From contig CBFFRQ010000196.1 of assembly GCA_965644315.1 (NCBI GenBank), positions 8,081 through 72,080 of the forward strand: a DNA stretch of 64,000 bases, in the 5' to 3' direction. Source of the DNA: Caecitellus pseudoparvulus. Lineage: Eukaryota > Protista > Bigyra: Bicosoecida. The notes under the pieces are model-generated. The model ran no database searches. It was not told where the DNA came from and was given only the letters and a program-made list of their open reading frames with translations. The position numbers and the translations under genes were made by a program. Positions 30,883 through 43,563 of the stretch are shown here, in pieces (the first letter of the stretch is position 1; every line of letters begins with the position of its first letter).

Positions 30883-33800
30883 TCAAGCCGTATCACTGAA
30901 GGTAGACAGGTCTGACTTGACACGGTGTGGAAACATGTGTGAGGACAAATTTGGCAGCCCTCCAGCTGCCTCTAGCATTTTCGTGTCTCCCGCAGCTTCA
31001 ATGGCCGCCGGCACTGTCATACAGGAAAGAAGGGCGAGATAGGCAGAGACAGAGCGGCGGTATCCAAGGGTACAGCACCACATACCCCAATGAGGCAAGG
31101 ATGAGTGGTAGGTCATGGACGGGTGCTCGTCTACAAACACCTGCAGCCATTCATAGACTGCCATCGTTTGGGACTGTATGGACGATGTGATGAGGACCAA
31201 GAGCAGCCCCACGGCCAAGAGCAACGGCAAGGCGAAGAAAGCTGCCGAGGTATACAGTGTGACCTGTGGCAGTGTTGAGTGAGCAGGGCTCGCATCAGAT
31301 TCCACCAGCGCAGACCACGCTGCCAGCCAGAGCCCAAGGGTGACAGCACTTTCTAGCGTATTTAGAGCGGAGCTGCGGTACGGCTTGAGCGCTCGCTGCA
31401 CCAAGAACGAGGCTGTAAGCAGGAGCAGCAAAGCTGCAAGCTGACTCCGAGCGCCCCGAACAAGGAAGACAGCGGCAACCAGAAACGTGCGCTGAGGGAG
31501 TACCGCGAGCAGCTCCCATGCCAAGCAGCTGGGCTTGGTGTGCTTGCCGTCCCGCGCCATGATCTCATGGCGCTGTGCGTGGGGCGCTCTCAGGCCTGCA
31601 AGGAGCGTCCCGGTGCGCATTCGACTCCACTCCACATGCTGCAGTCGCTGCGCCTTGGATGGGTAGCACACCACGCAACAGGGGATGAGTACCATGACAA
31701 GGAACCCCAGCCCAGCTGCGGTCCCGAGTGCAGCAGTGAAGAGAGCTTGTAAGGAGCCCGAGCCTGTATCCCCTCGCAGGAGATGCACGGACAACTCGGG
31801 CACCCAGATTACATCTAGCACCTGCAGGAATACGATGCAGAACGACGGATACGCAAACAAGCCATACAGCACAATTACATGAAACCATGCAAACCCACGC
31901 CGGCCGGGAGTTACTTTGGGCTTTGCTGGCTCAACCAGCGCCGCAGGCCTCCAGTTCTTTGTAGCGCTTGTGTCGTCCAGGTCAACGGCAGTGCGGTCAT
32001 GAACAGGCCTAGCCCAGTGTTCAGCTTCGTCATCTGGCTCCACGACATCAACTGCGTCAACAACGATGGTGCTGGCATCATCAAAGAACTCGTCATCCAC
32101 TGAGGCCTCACCATGCTGCTCTGTAGGTGGCTGCACACTGTCATGCTGCACCTGTGTTTCCTGCTCAGGGCCCGTGTTCACCACGCTTGGGGTGACAACT
32201 GCATGCTCTTGTTGGGATGCCAGCTCTGGTAGTGAAGCTACAGCCGTTGCACGTGGACCAGGCGGGTGGCTGTGCAGCTCCCCGAGACGTGGGATGCCAG
32301 GTGCCCGCTTGGCATTCAGATCGCGCACTGCCTGCTGCACGTGCTGCTCAATCCGCGCAAGGGCGTTGGAGGCGTACTGTGCTCCAGGCTGAGGCTTCCT
32401 CCTCGGGCAACAGGTAGTGCAGCCGAGCACCCCAAGTAAAAGCACCACCTGCAATGCCACCGCTGCAAGTCTATGATATGGAGAGGTCATCGACCACGCA
32501 CACTGGGAAGGGATCGAAATGAAGCCAGGGGACATGGAAACGGTGGCAAGCCAGTCAAGAATGAACGGCCACGCGGTGGGCGGCGGTGTTGAAAGCTGCG
32601 ACAGGACCCAATTCATCTGGCACCAGCCAGTCATTATCCTGAACAAAGCCACCAGTATCGATGTCTCCTTGGGCGCCCGATTGCTTCGCACGACGAGGAA
32701 AACTATGACCAGCACTGGAACGAAGGCTCCAGTAAGGCTGAGGACCAGAGCTTGTGCCCATGGGGGGCACTTGCGGCACTGCGCAGCTGCACTCTGCCGA
32801 GCCCAGCCGTGGAGGCACTCCCCACATAGGACACCTCTGTGGCCTTCCAGGCAGGTCATGTTTGCACTGTTTGGCACCGTGATACATGCCTCCCTGGGCC
32901 AGCACTGTTGAAACCTCTGTAGAGGCTCCGCGTCGGATCCAGCCTGAGATTCCTCTTCCTGGAAAGCGGGCGACAGCGCAGACCTGTGTGCTTGCAGGTC
33001 CAAAATCCGCTGACCAAGCTCAAGGTCTGAGGGGCGACTTGCCGTTTGCGTGGCAAACTCAGCGGTCCAAAATCCACTCTGCACTCGGAGATGGCCGGCG
33101 ACACACGCGCCGCCCTGCGTCGCACACGCTCTGCAGCTGGCAGCTCCAGGAAGGGAAAAAGTGCCACGGGGGCAAAGCGAGCAGGTTGGCCCAGCCCCAT
33201 ATGCTTGCACAGCAAATGACCCTGCAAGGCACTGGCGACAGTCCCCTGGGGAGAGACCCTCTTTGGAAGCATCAGCTCCGGGAGACACTCCCCACCCAGG
33301 CAAGCACGTGCAGCCAAGAGAGCTCTCAGACGGGGCAAGGCCGGCGCCGGAACAGTTTTGAGGGACAGCTGCGAGCTGGGTGATCCCCAGCCCTTGCTGC
33401 AGTGGGGCTCCGCGAAGCACCGGCATGGCAAGAAACATAGTGGGCTCTGTCTGCTCTGCAAACACTCGCCACCTGGTAGACTGTAGGAGCACATCAGCTG
33501 CCACACTTCCTCGAACTGCAGAGCCAGGCGGGAGGTACAGCCGCAACTCTGAACCAGGATCCATGCCTGTTCGGGAAAGTGCTGCACCGATGCTGTCCCT
33601 TTCACGAACGAGGAGCGAGTACTGCTGCTCAAGCCCGCTGTAAACCGCCAGGCGTTGCAGCGGCGCCGGGCAAGTACTTGCTGGCCCTCGTGCATCGCAC
33701 AAATTCCCTTGCACTGTAACGTTTGACAGACCACTTGATGGGAGCCCTTGTTCCACCTGCACAGACAGCTCAGCCCTGCTCTGCATCTCACTCGCAGAGC

Positions 33801-35619
33801 CCTCCACGTTCAGCACAGCCTTCTCTTGCACGACTCCACAGAGAATATTCAAAGAGGAGTCGGCCGCTTCACATGGCTCGCGGGTATGCTGAGCACTGAC
33901 TGACACCCAGGCCTGTGATTGGGGCCGCTGGAGCAGTTGGGGGCTCGTGTGCACAGCGAGCCAAGCCGAGTTGCGGAGCTGCAAGCCGGCGACGTAACTT
34001 GCCAAGACAGGAAAGACAGCCAAGCTTGTCGTCCCAGGTCGGCCTTCCCTGATTCGTAATTGTGAGGACGGCAACACTGCAACTGCAGCCACAGTGCGCA
34101 CTGTCAAGTGCACTATCTGCGACACGACGCTGGTGGCCGCAGCGCCCTCAGCGGGCCAACTTCGAACATGGAAGCTGGCCAGGAAGTCGGCCGCGACACT
34201 GGAACTCGCAAGGGAGGCTTCCATGTGGATCACGAGGCGTACACCTTGGCCTGGGAGCAGCTGGCCTGTTAGGCCGACGGAAGTGGACAGGTCGCCAACT
34301 GATGTGGCGATGTGTCGTAGCAGGCCCGTAGCTGCTGCGGAGGCAACCCCCCCAGGGACTGCACACCGCAGACCAGGCACACACACTGCAACCCAGGGAA
34401 CGGGGGTTGGGATACTTGAGGTCAATGCCCAAGATGTGACCGCCGGGCCATCATTGCGCAGAAGGTGGTCAATGCTCCTGTTCAAGCCAAGCGGGACGTG
34501 CCACAAAGACGCTGTCTGAAACGTTTGCAGCCCCCTCTGCACCACGGTAACTTGAAAGGGGACGACGACGAGTTCTGAACTTGCACTAGCCGCATGGCTT
34601 TGCAAGGAAACGTTGCCGGAGAGGGGCACGCCGTGGAGCAGCAGAGTGCCACGGTGCGTTCCTGGCCGCAAAGCTGCAGCTGAAAACGACACAGTCGCAA
34701 TGACAAGGTTGTAAGGGGCAGAAAAATAACGGTTCTGGCCCAATGACGCCGTGAACCATGTGGATACTGTCGGCGTCGTGGCCAGAGACACGCCTTGCAG
34801 GCGTGGTGCTTGTAGCTGCACCACTACTTCTTGCTTGGCAGCGCAAGCAACGGCGTCGTATGCTGGGCACGAAAACTCCACACGGTGTGGGTACACGCCC
34901 AGCACTGTTGTGCTGCCCAACTTCTCAGCTTCACAAGCCGCAGGAGAGAGGCTGCTGCAGTTGGAGCTTCCGAGCGGCAAATCCAGCCCGCTGCTCGGCA
35001 CCGCTCTTGCCGGCACCTCCAGCCCCGCATGCACTTGCAGGGGCACAAAGCCCCTGAGTATGGGATGCGTTGCGTTTCCCAACGTAACCACAAGCCCGAT
35101 GGTCTGCTGCGCGGGCACTGCGGGAACGCCTGCTTGGGCAGCAGCCCCAAGTTGCATCACGAGCTGCCCCTCCAAGCAGCCTGACAAGCGCACAGCATGG
35201 AGACGGACAGACCACCACAGACCAAGGTCTTGGCAGGGAGCCCAACCAGTGTGCGATGCCCCTGTGCATGCAACGTCTACATGCCGGGCTTCGCCCAGCA
35301 GCGACAAGGGCACGTGAAAGTGTGCTGGGTTGCCGACGAGAGTGCCGTCACGGGCTGTGGGAAGAAGCAAGGCCGCTGGCAACCGCGGCATGACAACCAT
35401 GGACCCTTTCCAATCCACAGCTTGTGTTCCGTTTGCATCTCGCCAGCAAGGGCTCCCGTGTGATGCGTTGGCTGGGATGACGTGTGCGCAGGTGCAGGTA
35501 TCGCGTTGGGCCACTGAAAAGCCAGCACACGGAAGGGCAGCTAAATTGAATACGAAACCCAAGACAAACACCCACACGTGTACAGGCTTGGCTGAGGACC
35601 GCTGCTTGGTTGACTTCAT
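30883..35619 (-). CDS. Large membrane protein: signal anchor, extracellular region, CxxC/GCC2-like Cys-rich repeats, C-terminal multi-TM domain
   Basis: CRQCLAGSF, CSLCPRGTFS, CLEGHRGVLCGECLHGW followed by ~7 hydrophobic segments and PYRSSALNTLE. Confidence 0.75.
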   Translation of the reverse strand: MKSTKQRSSAKPVHVWVFVLGFVFNLAALPCAGFSVAQRDTCTCAHVIPANASHGSPCWRDANGTQAVDWKGSMVVMPRLPAALLLPTARDGTLVGNPAHFHVPLSLLGEARHVDVACTGASHTGWAPCQDLGLWWSVRLHAVRLSGCLEGQLVMQLGAAAQAGVPAVPAQQTIGLVVTLGNATHPILRGFVPLQVHAGLEVPARAVPSSGLDLPLGSSNCSSLSPAACEAEKLGSTTVLGVYPHRVEFSCPAYDAVACAAKQEVVVQLQAPRLQGVSLATTPTVSTWFTASLGQNRYFSAPYNLVIATVSFSAAALRPGTHRGTLLLHGVPLSGNVSLQSHAASASSELVVVPFQVTVVQRGLQTFQTASLWHVPLGLNRSIDHLLRNDGPAVTSWALTSSIPTPVPWVAVCVPGLRCAVPGGVASAAATGLLRHIATSVGDLSTSVGLTGQLLPGQGVRLVIHMEASLASSSVAADFLASFHVRSWPAEGAAATSVVSQIVHLTVRTVAAVAVLPSSQLRIREGRPGTTSLAVFPVLASYVAGLQLRNSAWLAVHTSPQLLQRPQSQAWVSVSAQHTREPCEAADSSLNILCGVVQEKAVLNVEGSASEMQSRAELSVQVEQGLPSSGLSNVTVQGNLCDARGPASTCPAPLQRLAVYSGLEQQYSLLVRERDSIGAALSRTGMDPGSELRLYLPPGSAVRGSVAADVLLQSTRWRVFAEQTEPTMFLAMPVLRGAPLQQGLGITQLAAVPQNCSGAGLAPSESSLGCTCLPGWGVSPGADASKEGLSPGDCRQCLAGSFAVQAYGAGPTCSLCPRGTFSLPGAASCRACATQGGACVAGHLRVQSGFWTAEFATQTASRPSDLELGQRILDLQAHRSALSPAFQEEESQAGSDAEPLQRFQQCWPREACITVPNSANMTCLEGHRGVLCGECLHGWARQSAAAQCRKCPPWAQALVLSLTGAFVPVLVIVFLVVRSNRAPKETSILVALFRIMTGWCQMNWVLSQLSTPPPTAWPFILDWLATVSMSPGFISIPSQCAWSMTSPYHRLAAVALQVVLLLGVLGCTTCCPRRKPQPGAQYASNALARIEQHVQQAVRDLNAKRAPGIPRLGELHSHPPGPRATAVASLPELASQQEHAVVTPSVVNTGPEQETQVQHDSVQPPTEQHGEASVDDEFFDDASTIVVDAVDVVEPDDEAEHWARPVHDRTAVDLDDTSATKNWRPAALVEPAKPKVTPGRRGFAWFHVIVLYGLFAYPSFCIVFLQVLDVIWVPELSVHLLRGDTGSGSLQALFTAALGTAAGLGFLVMVLIPCCVVCYPSKAQRLQHVEWSRMRTGTLLAGLRAPHAQRHEIMARDGKHTKPSCLAWELLAVLPQRTFLVAAVFLVRGARSQLAALLLLLTASFLVQRALKPYRSSALNTLESAVTLGLWLAAWSALVESDASPAHSTLPQVTLYTSAAFFALPLLLAVGLLLVLITSSIQSQTMAVYEWLQVFVDEHPSMTYHSSLPHWGMWCCTLGYRRSVSAYLALLSCMTVPAAIEAAGDTKMLEAAGGLPNLSSHMFPHRVKSDLSTFSDTA

Positions 35620-36266
35620 CGCGCTGCAGCTTCTGTGTGGGCTGTGGCTGCTGCAAGCGTCCTGGCGATGCGAGGCGTAACCGCGCCGAAACGCCAGCGA
35701 CACCCGCCTGCACCGACGTGGCGCTGCGCCTCTGGCGGAGCGCCACCTGATGCTAAATCCAGGGAAACAGCAAGGGAGTGTGTCAGCTGTCCCCGGGCCA
35801 GAGTCAGGATCGCAGGGCTGGCACGCGGAGCAACACGCGTGTCTGGTGTCGAGCACCTCGGCAAGTCGCGAAGCCCCGGTGAGAGTATGTGTTGTCAGCC
35901 CACACTGCGGGAACCATCACATGCTGGAACAAGCGTCCTGCATACTTGAGGTAACTTTGTCATGCCGTGATTATTTCGATTGTGCTTCTTCGTTGGAGCC
36001 GGCGCCGGGCAGAGCTTGGCGACGATGAATGCCACACCCGCTGCTCGCTGTGGTAAGGGTGGGCAGTCCACAGTGGCAAACCAGACAACCAGCTTGATTT
36101 TTGCAGCATGTGATTCAACTGATAGGCGGTGTGCTGTGCAGGCAACAGAGGCGCACGTGTCATTCACCAACGACGCTGCCGGGGGACCAAGTCGGAGAAC
36201 CAGGATCAGCCTCATCTTCGGAGCCTGGAGCAAGGCCAAGGTAACGCATGCTGCCAATCAGCCGTA

Positions 36267-37189
36267 ATGAGGCTGAAGCGCCTCTGTGTCCTCCCAAAAC
36301 CTTTGTACGTGCGGCAAAGATGTGGATCGGTCATCCTCCACGGCAACCACCCACAATACAAACACCAATCACTGCACCTGGCATGAGACCCGCCTACAAG
36401 CATGTTGTGACACGCTTTGAACCATTGCCCAGGTTCAAGCAAGCCATGGGGGGGTCCGACGAGTTCGAGGCTGCCTCGCGTGCATACTGGCGAGAGCGGC
36501 ACCGAGCCGTGCAGCACCTGTCTGACAGCCAGTACTTGCTGGCACACATGGTCAGACTGCCCCTGTATTTATGGGAAACTGCAGTACCTGCGACGGGTGC
36601 CGTTATTGTGGCTGACATGTTGCACAGCTACGCAAAGGGGTTCCGCGCAGCGTGAGTTTCGGCGGCGTTTCAGGCGGATGGCCACACCCCTGTCACTTGT
36701 GCTCCCCACCTCCACAGCTCCATTGGCGAGCGGATCAAAGCATCTGGGCCTGTGGGCGTGCGGACTGCACTGCGCATGGCAGGCCTCGTCGTGCTACAAC
36801 AAGCCACAGAGCAGGCTCTGTGTCGCACCCTGCGGGTGGGTGAGCGATACGAAGCTGACCCATACGATGGCCTGGGCCGTCTCACAGTGCTGCGGGCAGC
36901 AGCTGGGCTTGCAGCAGGGGCGGCCGTCGCTGCGGTTGGAAAACACGGTTTTTCGTTCTTTCATTCCGCTGCCCGTGCAGCGCGGCACCCGAAACATGTG
37001 TACGTGGGAGCCTGGTCCCTCGCCGGTGGCTTCTGGGGCATGAGCGGCACAGCGCACGTTGCCAGCGTGTCCCTGAACGCCAGAGCAGCATGGGGTGAGG
37101 CGCTTGGCGGGGAAGCAGCGCCAGCCGACTTGAAGGCCCAAGTGGCCGCCTCTGCCGCCCAGGCGCGGAAGGGGGGAGAAGACAGGTGA
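36267..37189 (+). CDS. Small multi-exon membrane protein, possibly Tim17/22/23 family
   Basis: ORFs 36248..36655 and 36752..37189; GxxxG-rich TM segments (AAAGLAAGAAVAAVG). Confidence 0.35.
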
Positions 37190-37209
37190 CGCCAAGTTGG
37201 GCAATGCAC

Positions 37210-40200
37210 TCACTTTGCAGCCTTGCCGGCGGCTGCCTTGTGCTTGCCCTTGGGCTTCAGCAAGCCTCGGTGCCACAGCTCACTGCGTGCGTGCAGTGCG
37301 GCTTGCTGGGCGCGCTCGTTCGCCGCCCTGCGACCGGCAATCAGCGCAGCCAGCGTCGCTCGCAGGTGCTTCAGCTTCACCCGCACATGCTGCTGCTGCT
37401 GTGCCGCCCCTGTGTCACCCGCCACCTGCATCCAGTAATCCAGGCTGCCCCCTGCAGCCACGGCTTGCATGCTGCGCTGGCTACCTGCCGCACTGGCGAA
37501 CTCCAGGACACTGGTGGTGGGCGGTGAGAAAACAGTGTTGGCCAGTCCGCCGCCGCCCACACCCACCACGACGTCAGCCAGCTGGAACATGCGCAGAACG
37601 GCGGCCAGGGGCGCCGCCGCCACGTCCACCTCCACGATCGTCATGCGCGCGTCCACCACGGGCACTGCGCCAAAGGAGCCGTTGAACTGCGACCCGTCCA
37701 CACGAGGCGTCAGGAGCGTGCCCCCTTCATGTGCAGCCTTGCTGGCATGGACGGCAGCTGCTCGCCGCTTGGCCAGCGCGCCTTGGGCCGCCTCCTCCTG
37801 CTCAGTGCGTAGCCATGCGCGCAGGTGCAGGAGGCCAGTCTCGGCAGCCACCTGCATGTCGTCGGCTTGCCACCGCTGGCCAATCATGGGGTGAGTCATC
37901 TGGGCGAGCGTGTCGGAGTCACTGGCGCCAACGGACATGACGACGGCAGGCGAGCCAGTGCGCTGGCCTCGCATGCCGCCGTGGTGCGTTTCCTCCACAG
38001 CCTCCTGGAAAAACGCCTTGAGGCAGCGCATCACCGCCTGGGGCTTGGCTAGCGCCCTCCCCGTGTCCACATCACTCGTGACAACCACCACGTTGCGAAT
38101 GGGGGGGTACGCCAACACCGTCCCATTATCCCACAGAAAAGGACTGCTGAAGCCGCTGAAGCTCTGCCAGGCGGGGGGGGGCTCCTCCCACTCCCCGTTC
38201 TGCTGGTCAGCGCTGCCTGCCTTGGCGCGCTCAGCACGGCTGCGTTTCTTCCACTTGCGCCGGCGGCGTGATTTGACGCGTTTCTCGCCCGTCTCTACCT
38301 CCGCTGCCCTGCGCACTTCTTGCGTCGTGTCCAGAGCATGCTCCGGCTGGGGCTTGGGCACCAGCAACCCTGCAAAGTGGCGGCGCACGAGCTGCAGGAG
38401 TGCTCGTGGGGCAACGGGGGGCGGCACGCGCACATCCTCCGAAGCTTGTTCACCCCACACCTCCACGCCTGCCGCCAGCAGGGACGGTTTCACTTCCCCC
38501 TGCGTTTCAGTTGCGGAGCGTCCACGCAAGCCTACCTGGGACAGTGGCAGCTTGCCCTGCAGCCGAGGCTCCCACACAGCAGCCAGAGCACGACGAGATG
38601 CGATGGACTCGCTGGCGTTGAAGGGCGGTGGCAGGGTCAGCCTGTCAGCAGCAGACAGCACTGTTTCTGCGGTCGCCATCACCTCCGCATCAGCCATGGT
38701 GCTTTCGGGGACAGCTCCCAGCCCCGTTGGCGCCCGGTGTGGCGGGGGGCCCCATGTGCCCACGAACAGCTTGTCAGCATGCACGACAGTGTGGTGGGGG
38801 TGCACGAGCACCATGTGCCCAACGCCAATACGCAGCATGTCAGCGAACGCACCCACGTACGGCGCCCCGGCTCGCAGGAGAATACGCATGTCAGGCAAGT
38901 CTGCCATGGAGGCGTGCCCTGCGCCAGAGGCACGGTTCTTCAACTGTTCAGTGACCAGCATGAAACGCGGCAGCACCTGCGTCACCCACGCAGTGTACGT
39001 GTCTTGCCCAGGCTGGATTAGGGACAGGCCCACTGGCACTCGAACCACTTGCTTTGCGGGTGGCGCCATGCCGCCTGTGCCTGCATCGCCGTGAAAGTGC
39101 CGAGCCATGTGGCTGACCGAGCCCGCATCCACTGCGAAGACGGTCTTGTCATCGTACACAATGCCTGCTGCCCCTTCTACAAACACGTCTTCGAACTCGA
39201 GAAAGTGCATCTCGCCCTCCCAGAACCGACCCGTGACACACCCCGCATTCGGCCCGAACTGGTACGAAGCAGGCAGCTGTGCGTACGTGCCGAGGGCTGG
39301 AGCCAGTGGCGAGGCGTCTTCCGCTGCGGGTGTGCCGAAAGACGCCGCACCCGCCACACGCCCTGTCCACGATTGTGCTGAAGCGGACGCCTCAGGCACG
39401 AACTGCGGCAGGAAGGAGCCATAGGGCTCGCCCCAGGTGAGAAAGTACAGCGGGTCTGCCGCCACCAACCCCCTCCGCATCCCACTCCGCAGCGGTGTCC
39501 GCCAGACTGGACATGTGGGCAGTGACGTTGGTGACGAGCTCTCGCCTCCGCACCGCACGCCCTTCGCCCTGTGCAGCATCAGGCCACGTGGCGCGTGGGC
39601 CCATGTCTGCAACTGTTTGAGCCAGGCGCCTGGGGCCACCTACGCTCCCGCTGCTCCCATCGTCAGCCGCCTGCCAAGGTTTGCCAGTGCTGAGCGCGAC
39701 ATCCTGAGACTCCACGGACACCTCCCGTACCCTGGAAGCCTTGCGTGCGGCGTGAAGCGATGCCTGCAGGCGCCACCGCTGCAACACCTTGCTCTGTGCC
39801 AGGGCCAGTGCTGGGGCAGCGGCGTCCCATCCCCCCACCGCCTGCAACTGCTCACCCAGCGCCGCTAGCGTGCGCCCCTCCCAAACGAGGCGCTCCATGG
39901 CCTGAAGGCGCTGGGAGGCGGAGCTGACGTTGGCTAGCACTGCAGTTTGCGCCACACTTGCCTCCCGCACGGCTGCCAGTGTTGCGTTGGCAGCTTCTCG
40001 CTCCTTGCCACCCAGGGCCTGAGCGGCCGAACCCTGCAGAGCCAGAGCGAAGGCCTTGGCTTCCGGGAAGGCTCCACAGGCCTGCACAGCATCTAGCGCT
40101 GCGCTGTACTGTGCCTCCACACCTGGGTTCAAGTCCCCATGTCTGGAAAGCGCGGTGGGGTGCGCAGCTGCCGCCAAGGCGCCTCCGCAGGGAGTGCTGC

Positions 40201-40303
40201 TGTCCACGCCGATCCACGTGGGCAGCTCAACCGCTGCCTCCCCTGCCGCTAGCACCAGAGCAAGAGCTCCAAGCACCGCCCTGAACACCTTCATACCCAT
40301 CAT
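37210..40303 (-). CDS. Secreted glycosyltransferase family 61 (DUF563)-like protein (frameshift near 39645)
   Basis: Signal peptide MMGMKVFRAVLGALALVLAAG; YTAWVTQVLPRF and ADVVVGVGGGGLANTVFSPPTTSVLEF match GT61 motifs. Confidence 0.7.
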
Positions 40304-40972
40304 GAATATCGGTGATTCGGCTCTTGAGTCGGCAAATCCTCCTGTGCTGATGCAACCGGACTCGCTTTCTTCAGCGACCTTGCGGAAATCGGGCAGACGA
40401 TGGCTCCCAACGAAATAGCCAGGGGAACGAGAGAACAGGCACAGAAGTGCCCAAGTACGGATGTGGGACAATACATCAGGTACATGTCAGCTTTCACGTG
40501 CTTCGAATTTTCCTTTACTTCCTCGCTGCGCGAGTTCGGAGCCTGGGCGCGAGGTGCTGGACAAGACGCAGCACAGCACAGACCTCGAGGGAACAAAATC
40601 CACGGCTGAAAGCGAGCCCTGTGGAATGCACAGTGGCGTTTTCAAGAGCATGCAAGGGTCAGCTGCGGCGTGCACTCCCCGCGATCGCAAGGCCTCCTGT
40701 CCCACTCACACCAGCCTCCTTTTTTGACCCGGCCGCATCAGTGAACTGCACCCGATTCGACGCACAGCTGCATTGCCCCGCTCCCGCTGGTCGTGCCCTG
40801 CATTTACACCCACTCGGCGCCCGCTACCGCCACCACCTCTGCCACGTGCGCCTTCCAAGGCTGCCTGGCTGCGGAGCAACTGCAGTCGCATGCGGCGAGT
40901 GCGAGACCTGCTCTGCCACGGCTGCACACCCGTCGGAACTCTGCAAGTTAGACGCCTCTGCCCTTTTCAAAC

Positions 40973-42066
40973 ATGAACAAGTATGAAGTGCTGGGCATTG
41001 TCGGGGAAGGAGCCTACGGCGTCGTGCTGCGGTGCCGCAACAAGGTGAGGCCTGGCTCGCGAGCGGAAATTGCACATCGCGCGGGCGCCGGGAAGGCGAC
41101 GTGGGCACCAGCTCCCTGCACGGCGTGCTCCCTGACGCACAGGAAACGTCCGAAACCATTGCAATCAAGAAGTTCAAAGAGAGCGAGGGTGCGTGCTCCG
41201 TCGAAGCTCCGCAGGAGCTGGCCCTGCACACTCCACGCACCGCTGCGCAGATGATGATGTGGTGCGCAAGACCACGCTGCGGGAGGTGAAGATCCTGCGG
41301 CAGCTGCGCCACCCCTGCATCGTGTCCCTGCAAGAAGCCTTCCGGCGCAAGGGCAAGCTGTACTTGGTCTTCGAGTACGTGGAGCGGAACTTGCTGGAGT
41401 TGCTGGAGGCGCACCCGGGCGGCCTGAGCCAGCAACAAGTGCAAACCTTCATCTTCCAGCTGTGCATGGCCATTGACTGGTGCCACTCGCACCGCGTCAT
41501 CCACCGCGACATCAAGCCTGAGAACCTGCTCGTGGACGCCGCAGCAGGCACCCTGAAGCTGTGTGACTTTGGGTTCGCACGCACCCTGCCCAGCAAAACC
41601 TCCTCTCGCGCCAAGGCACTGACAGACTATGTCGCCACAAGGTGGTACCGGGCGCCGGAGCTGCTGCTGGGCAGCACAGACTACACCACTGCCGTGGATA
41701 TCTGGGCCATCGGCTGCATTATGGGGGAACTGGCAGACGGGCAGCCACTGTTCCCCGGTGACTCGGACGCCGACCAGCTGCACGTGATCCAGCGGGGCAT
41801 TGGGCCCATGACTTCCGCCCAAATGGAGCGCTTCTTGAAGGCCAAGCGCTTCCGCGGCGTGAAGTTCCCCGACATCTCCCGCTCGGCGTCCCTTGCGGAG
41901 AAATATGGCGCCATACTGCCGCCCGCTGGCGTGGACTTCATGCGGGACTGTCTGCGCATGGACCCCGCCCGCGCCTCACGGCACGGCAGGCTGTGCTGCA
42001 TCCCTTCTTCAGCGGGCTGCCTGAGGCGTTCAGGTGGGACACCGTACGAACCCGACTCCCCAAAGA

Positions 42067-42097
<31 letters not shown>

Positions 42098-43409
42098 AGC
42101 AGCACCGGCAGCAAGCCGAGGTAGCACCAGCACAGCGACAGAGGCCAGTGGACGAGCAAGTGAAGTGGCATTCCAGGGAGGGGGGGGGCATGCCCCCTCT
42201 GCTGTGGCACGCCACACACCGTCAGAAGTGGGGTGGGGCCACACCCAGGCTGCCCGGGGTGGTACTGGTTCGCGGGGCGGCCACCGAGCGCCGAACACGA
42301 CGAAGTGGCTAGGGTCGGATGCCAGCGGAGGGCGGGGCGGCATCCGGAACACCATGCAGACGCTGGGCGTGGGCAGTGAGGACGGCATGCCAGCTCGCAT
42401 GCCGTCTCGGGCTGGCAGCAGGGCGGGCGGTCCGGCTGTGCTGCGGTCCCTGTCGCGGGGGGGGCACCGCAGCGGGGGAGGGGGGGGTGACGGCCTGCAC
42501 ATGATGGGCGTGATGGGTGCCGAGCCAACACCCAGCAGTGTTCCGCATGCATCTCCCCCCGCGGCCACCCACGCCAGCGAGGGCAAGGACTCCCCGGATG
42601 GGTATGAAGACGAGTGGGAGGAGAGCAAGAGCCCCGCGATGATGCCGGCGCAGCCCCTGCATGCCAGCCCCGCCCAGCCGCGCCGTGTTATCCCCCTGCA
42701 GGCGTCTGGACCAGACCCCGCCAACCGCACACCCAGCAAGCTGGGCATGTACGGCGCTGCTGCGCGGGCAGGAGGCGGCGGCGGCGGCGGCGACGTGTCT
42801 GGTCACACCTCCTCGCGTGCCAGTCGTACACGCGGCTCTCGCAGGCGGCGGCAAGGGTCTCGCCCCGCCACACGCGCCACGCCACACCGCAGCAGCAAGG
42901 GCGCCGAGCGCCACTCTTCCAGAGGCACCGGCGCTGGAGCCGCATACGGCACGGGCCCTGCCTCCTCCATGTACAGACCAGGTACCAGGGGCGACGGGGA
43001 CACGTCCAGGCGCCAGCGTGTGCCCAACGCACGCCATGCGTTGCCTGGGCCCGTGCACGTGGCCGGTCGCGTGCCGGGTCGCGGTCGCGAACAGCGGCAC
43101 GTCGCAGCGCCGACTCGGAGCGGCCTGGGGCAACCTACTCACCGCCCTGGCCAGCAGCTGGGCAGCTCTGCCACTGCTGTGGCGCAAGCTCGCGCTGATG
43201 CGGCAGGCTCACGGTCCAGCGGCGTGCAGTTGCCAGGCGGGCCGCTGGCGGATATACCCTCCTTTCACCAGCGCTCAGCGGCTGCAGGGGCCCGCTTGCA
43301 GCCGCTGGGCTCTGTGCCTGAAGCCCAGATTCCCGAACAGAGCTTCCGCAAGAGTCAGTTCTACGTGGCGCCGCTGCCGGGGTTTGGCGCAGCGGCACAC
43401 CACAAGTAG
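40973..43409 (+). CDS. CDKL5: CDKL-family (CDKL5/LF5-like) Ser/Thr kinase; introns 41045..41142 and 41189..41250
   Basis: [70 protein letters not shown]; long disordered tail. Confidence 0.9.
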
Positions 43410-43563
43410 AGCGCTGACTCCCCAGTGCACGCAGCAAATTCACTCACTCACCAAAACAAACCCGTTCAGCACCTTCCACTGCATGCCACATGCACCAGCC
43501 GACCCCTCTCGCCGCCTGCGCAAGCTCGCTTGCGCTGCCGAGGCCACACCTTGCCACTGCACA

